A stretch of 62,771 nt of DNA, the filler included, from Sphacelaria rigidula (taxonomy: Eukaryota), in assembly GCA_964200075.2 (NCBI GenBank). It is 6 parts of 6 records of this genome, joined end to end, with 100 filler letters (N's around TTAATTAATTAA, not from the genome) between each part and the next. Parts side by side here need not be neighbours in the genome. Positions count along the whole stretch, not along the records: positions 52,394 to 62,771 come from CAXNAA020006616.1; 5 more parts are not named here. One strand, 5' to 3'. Positions 61,561 to 62,771 of this stretch are shown in pieces. Positions within the stretch are counted from its first letter, which is position 1. Every line of letters starts with the position of its first letter. A model generated the notes under the pieces. The model worked only from the letters and a program-made list of their open reading frames with translations. It did not search any database and was not told where the DNA came from. A program made the translations under genes and the position numbers.

Positions 61561-62204
61561 TAGACCGCGGTGTAGGTAGTCCATCTGGATCACGGATACT
61601 TTTGTCAAGTGGAACTTGATGGCGATTCAGCCGGTGACCTACCCTCGCGATCTAAGGGAGGGGACCTAGAGAAATGTTTGTAGATAATGGTTGATGGGGA
61701 ACATCATGGAATGTTACAAAATAACGCTAACACAAACACTAACCCTAACCCCGACCCAGGCGCACGAGACCCTCGAGCGAGGAGGGTGCATAGGTTGCCC
61801 CAGGCAAAGTGTGCGTTGGCAGACTTCAAATCCTCGCGGCAGGCGCCGATTTCGACAAAAACACGTTCTGGACGAGCTGGGTCCACTGCTCACCTGCCCC
61901 GAACCACATTGTATTTCAGAAACTTCATCAAGTCTAAAATCGAGTAGTCATCCCCGTCAACCATTGTGTTCGGACATTTCTGTAGGTCTGCTGCTCTAAG
62001 AGTCAACTAGCCTCTTATTATGCTACAAGCCAGCGTGTCGTGTAACAATTTGAAAGGTGCATGTGACCGCCGTTCGAGTAAATTGGCCACTCTTAAATTT
62101 CGTCCTCAACTCTCAATCTCACGAAAACATTGTTCAGTGCGTAAAACTTCCACGGTGTGGACTGGTATGGGCAGCTTTCGCGCCATCGCGACTGTGTTAC
62201 CGTA

Positions 62205-62530
62205 CAGCCATTAAAGCAGTGAAGGCGGCCTCCCACTCCTGCGTGCACCACCTGGGGCAAACGCACGCTTTAGCTGCAACACAGACAGCTTTACAAAATG
62301 TGGCGTAGCAATATAGCGCGTAGTGAGGGGTGATATCCCGCGTACACCTTGGCCGCAGGTACAAGCGGCTGCGTTCATCATGTAGCCAACTGCATAGGAC
62401 GACGCGAAATTAATGCAGGACAGGAACAGGCTAAACCATGAGGTCCTCCGGTGTGCTTTGTCACCCTGCACGCTACCGTTGTGCAGTGAGCAGGTAGTAC
62501 CGCCGAACGCATCACGCTGCGGTTGGTACG
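62205..62530 (-). repeat. Dispersed repeat, copy 2 (of 43110-43430)
   Basis: Reverse-complement alignment by eye. Confidence 0.8.
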
Positions 62531-62771
62531 CAGTGTCGAACACGGCAGCAAGCAGCACATTTTATGTACATGGGGATGTGCGTTCTAAGACCGATGCACG
62601 CACACACAGCGACTACTTTCGCCATTATCCATCGATCAGGGGGGTACCCCACTCCTTAACCGGGGTACCCGGGGATCCCCCTCCCCCTACCCTCCTACTG
62701 GGTGAGACACCCATGAGGCAGTGTATAAGCCGTGGCTGTCTCTGGAAGTGGCGATACCAGAAAATAAAGCA

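Noticed and set aside
61015-61750. Chromosome telomere
   Set aside because: Only 2-3 imperfect CCCTAA units per tract, internal to foldback elements.

Overview
Eukaryotic, repeat-rich DNA. The intron style and repeat families suggest a brown alga or other stramenopile (inference, not verified). The window is not one locus: it is six unrelated contigs of 10,378-10,379 bp joined by 100-bp N44-TTAATTAATTAA-N44 spacers, so nothing is interpreted across spacers. Contig 1 (1-10379): decayed, unassigned coding-like tracts plus SINE/LINE-end fragments. Contig 2 (10480-20858): part of a minus-strand multi-exon gene of unknown identity, a non-autonomous hAT element with TIRs and an 8-bp TSD, and piggyBac-like micro-MITEs. 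Contig 3 (20959-31337): a spliced ORC6 gene (7 exons recovered, 5' exon not found) with a long polyQ/low-complexity insert and a canonical C-terminal PIP-box match (QSTLLSFF). Contig 4 (31438-41815): a 9.2-kb interval bounded by long inverted repeats, holding a decayed DIRS1-type retroelement (RT with YIDD, ALOG-like domain, tyrosine recombinase) and a possible 2OG-Fe(II) oxygenase relic. Contig 5 (41916-52293): MITEs and the 5' part of an LTR retrotransposon. Contig 6 (52394-62771): a TA-flanked Tc1/IS630-superfamily (Sailor-like, D-x116-E) transposon whose open ORF seems to lack the first catalytic Asp, plus nested foldback elements. No CRISPR array, rRNA or intact tRNA was found. All family calls come from reading motifs by eye; no database search was run.
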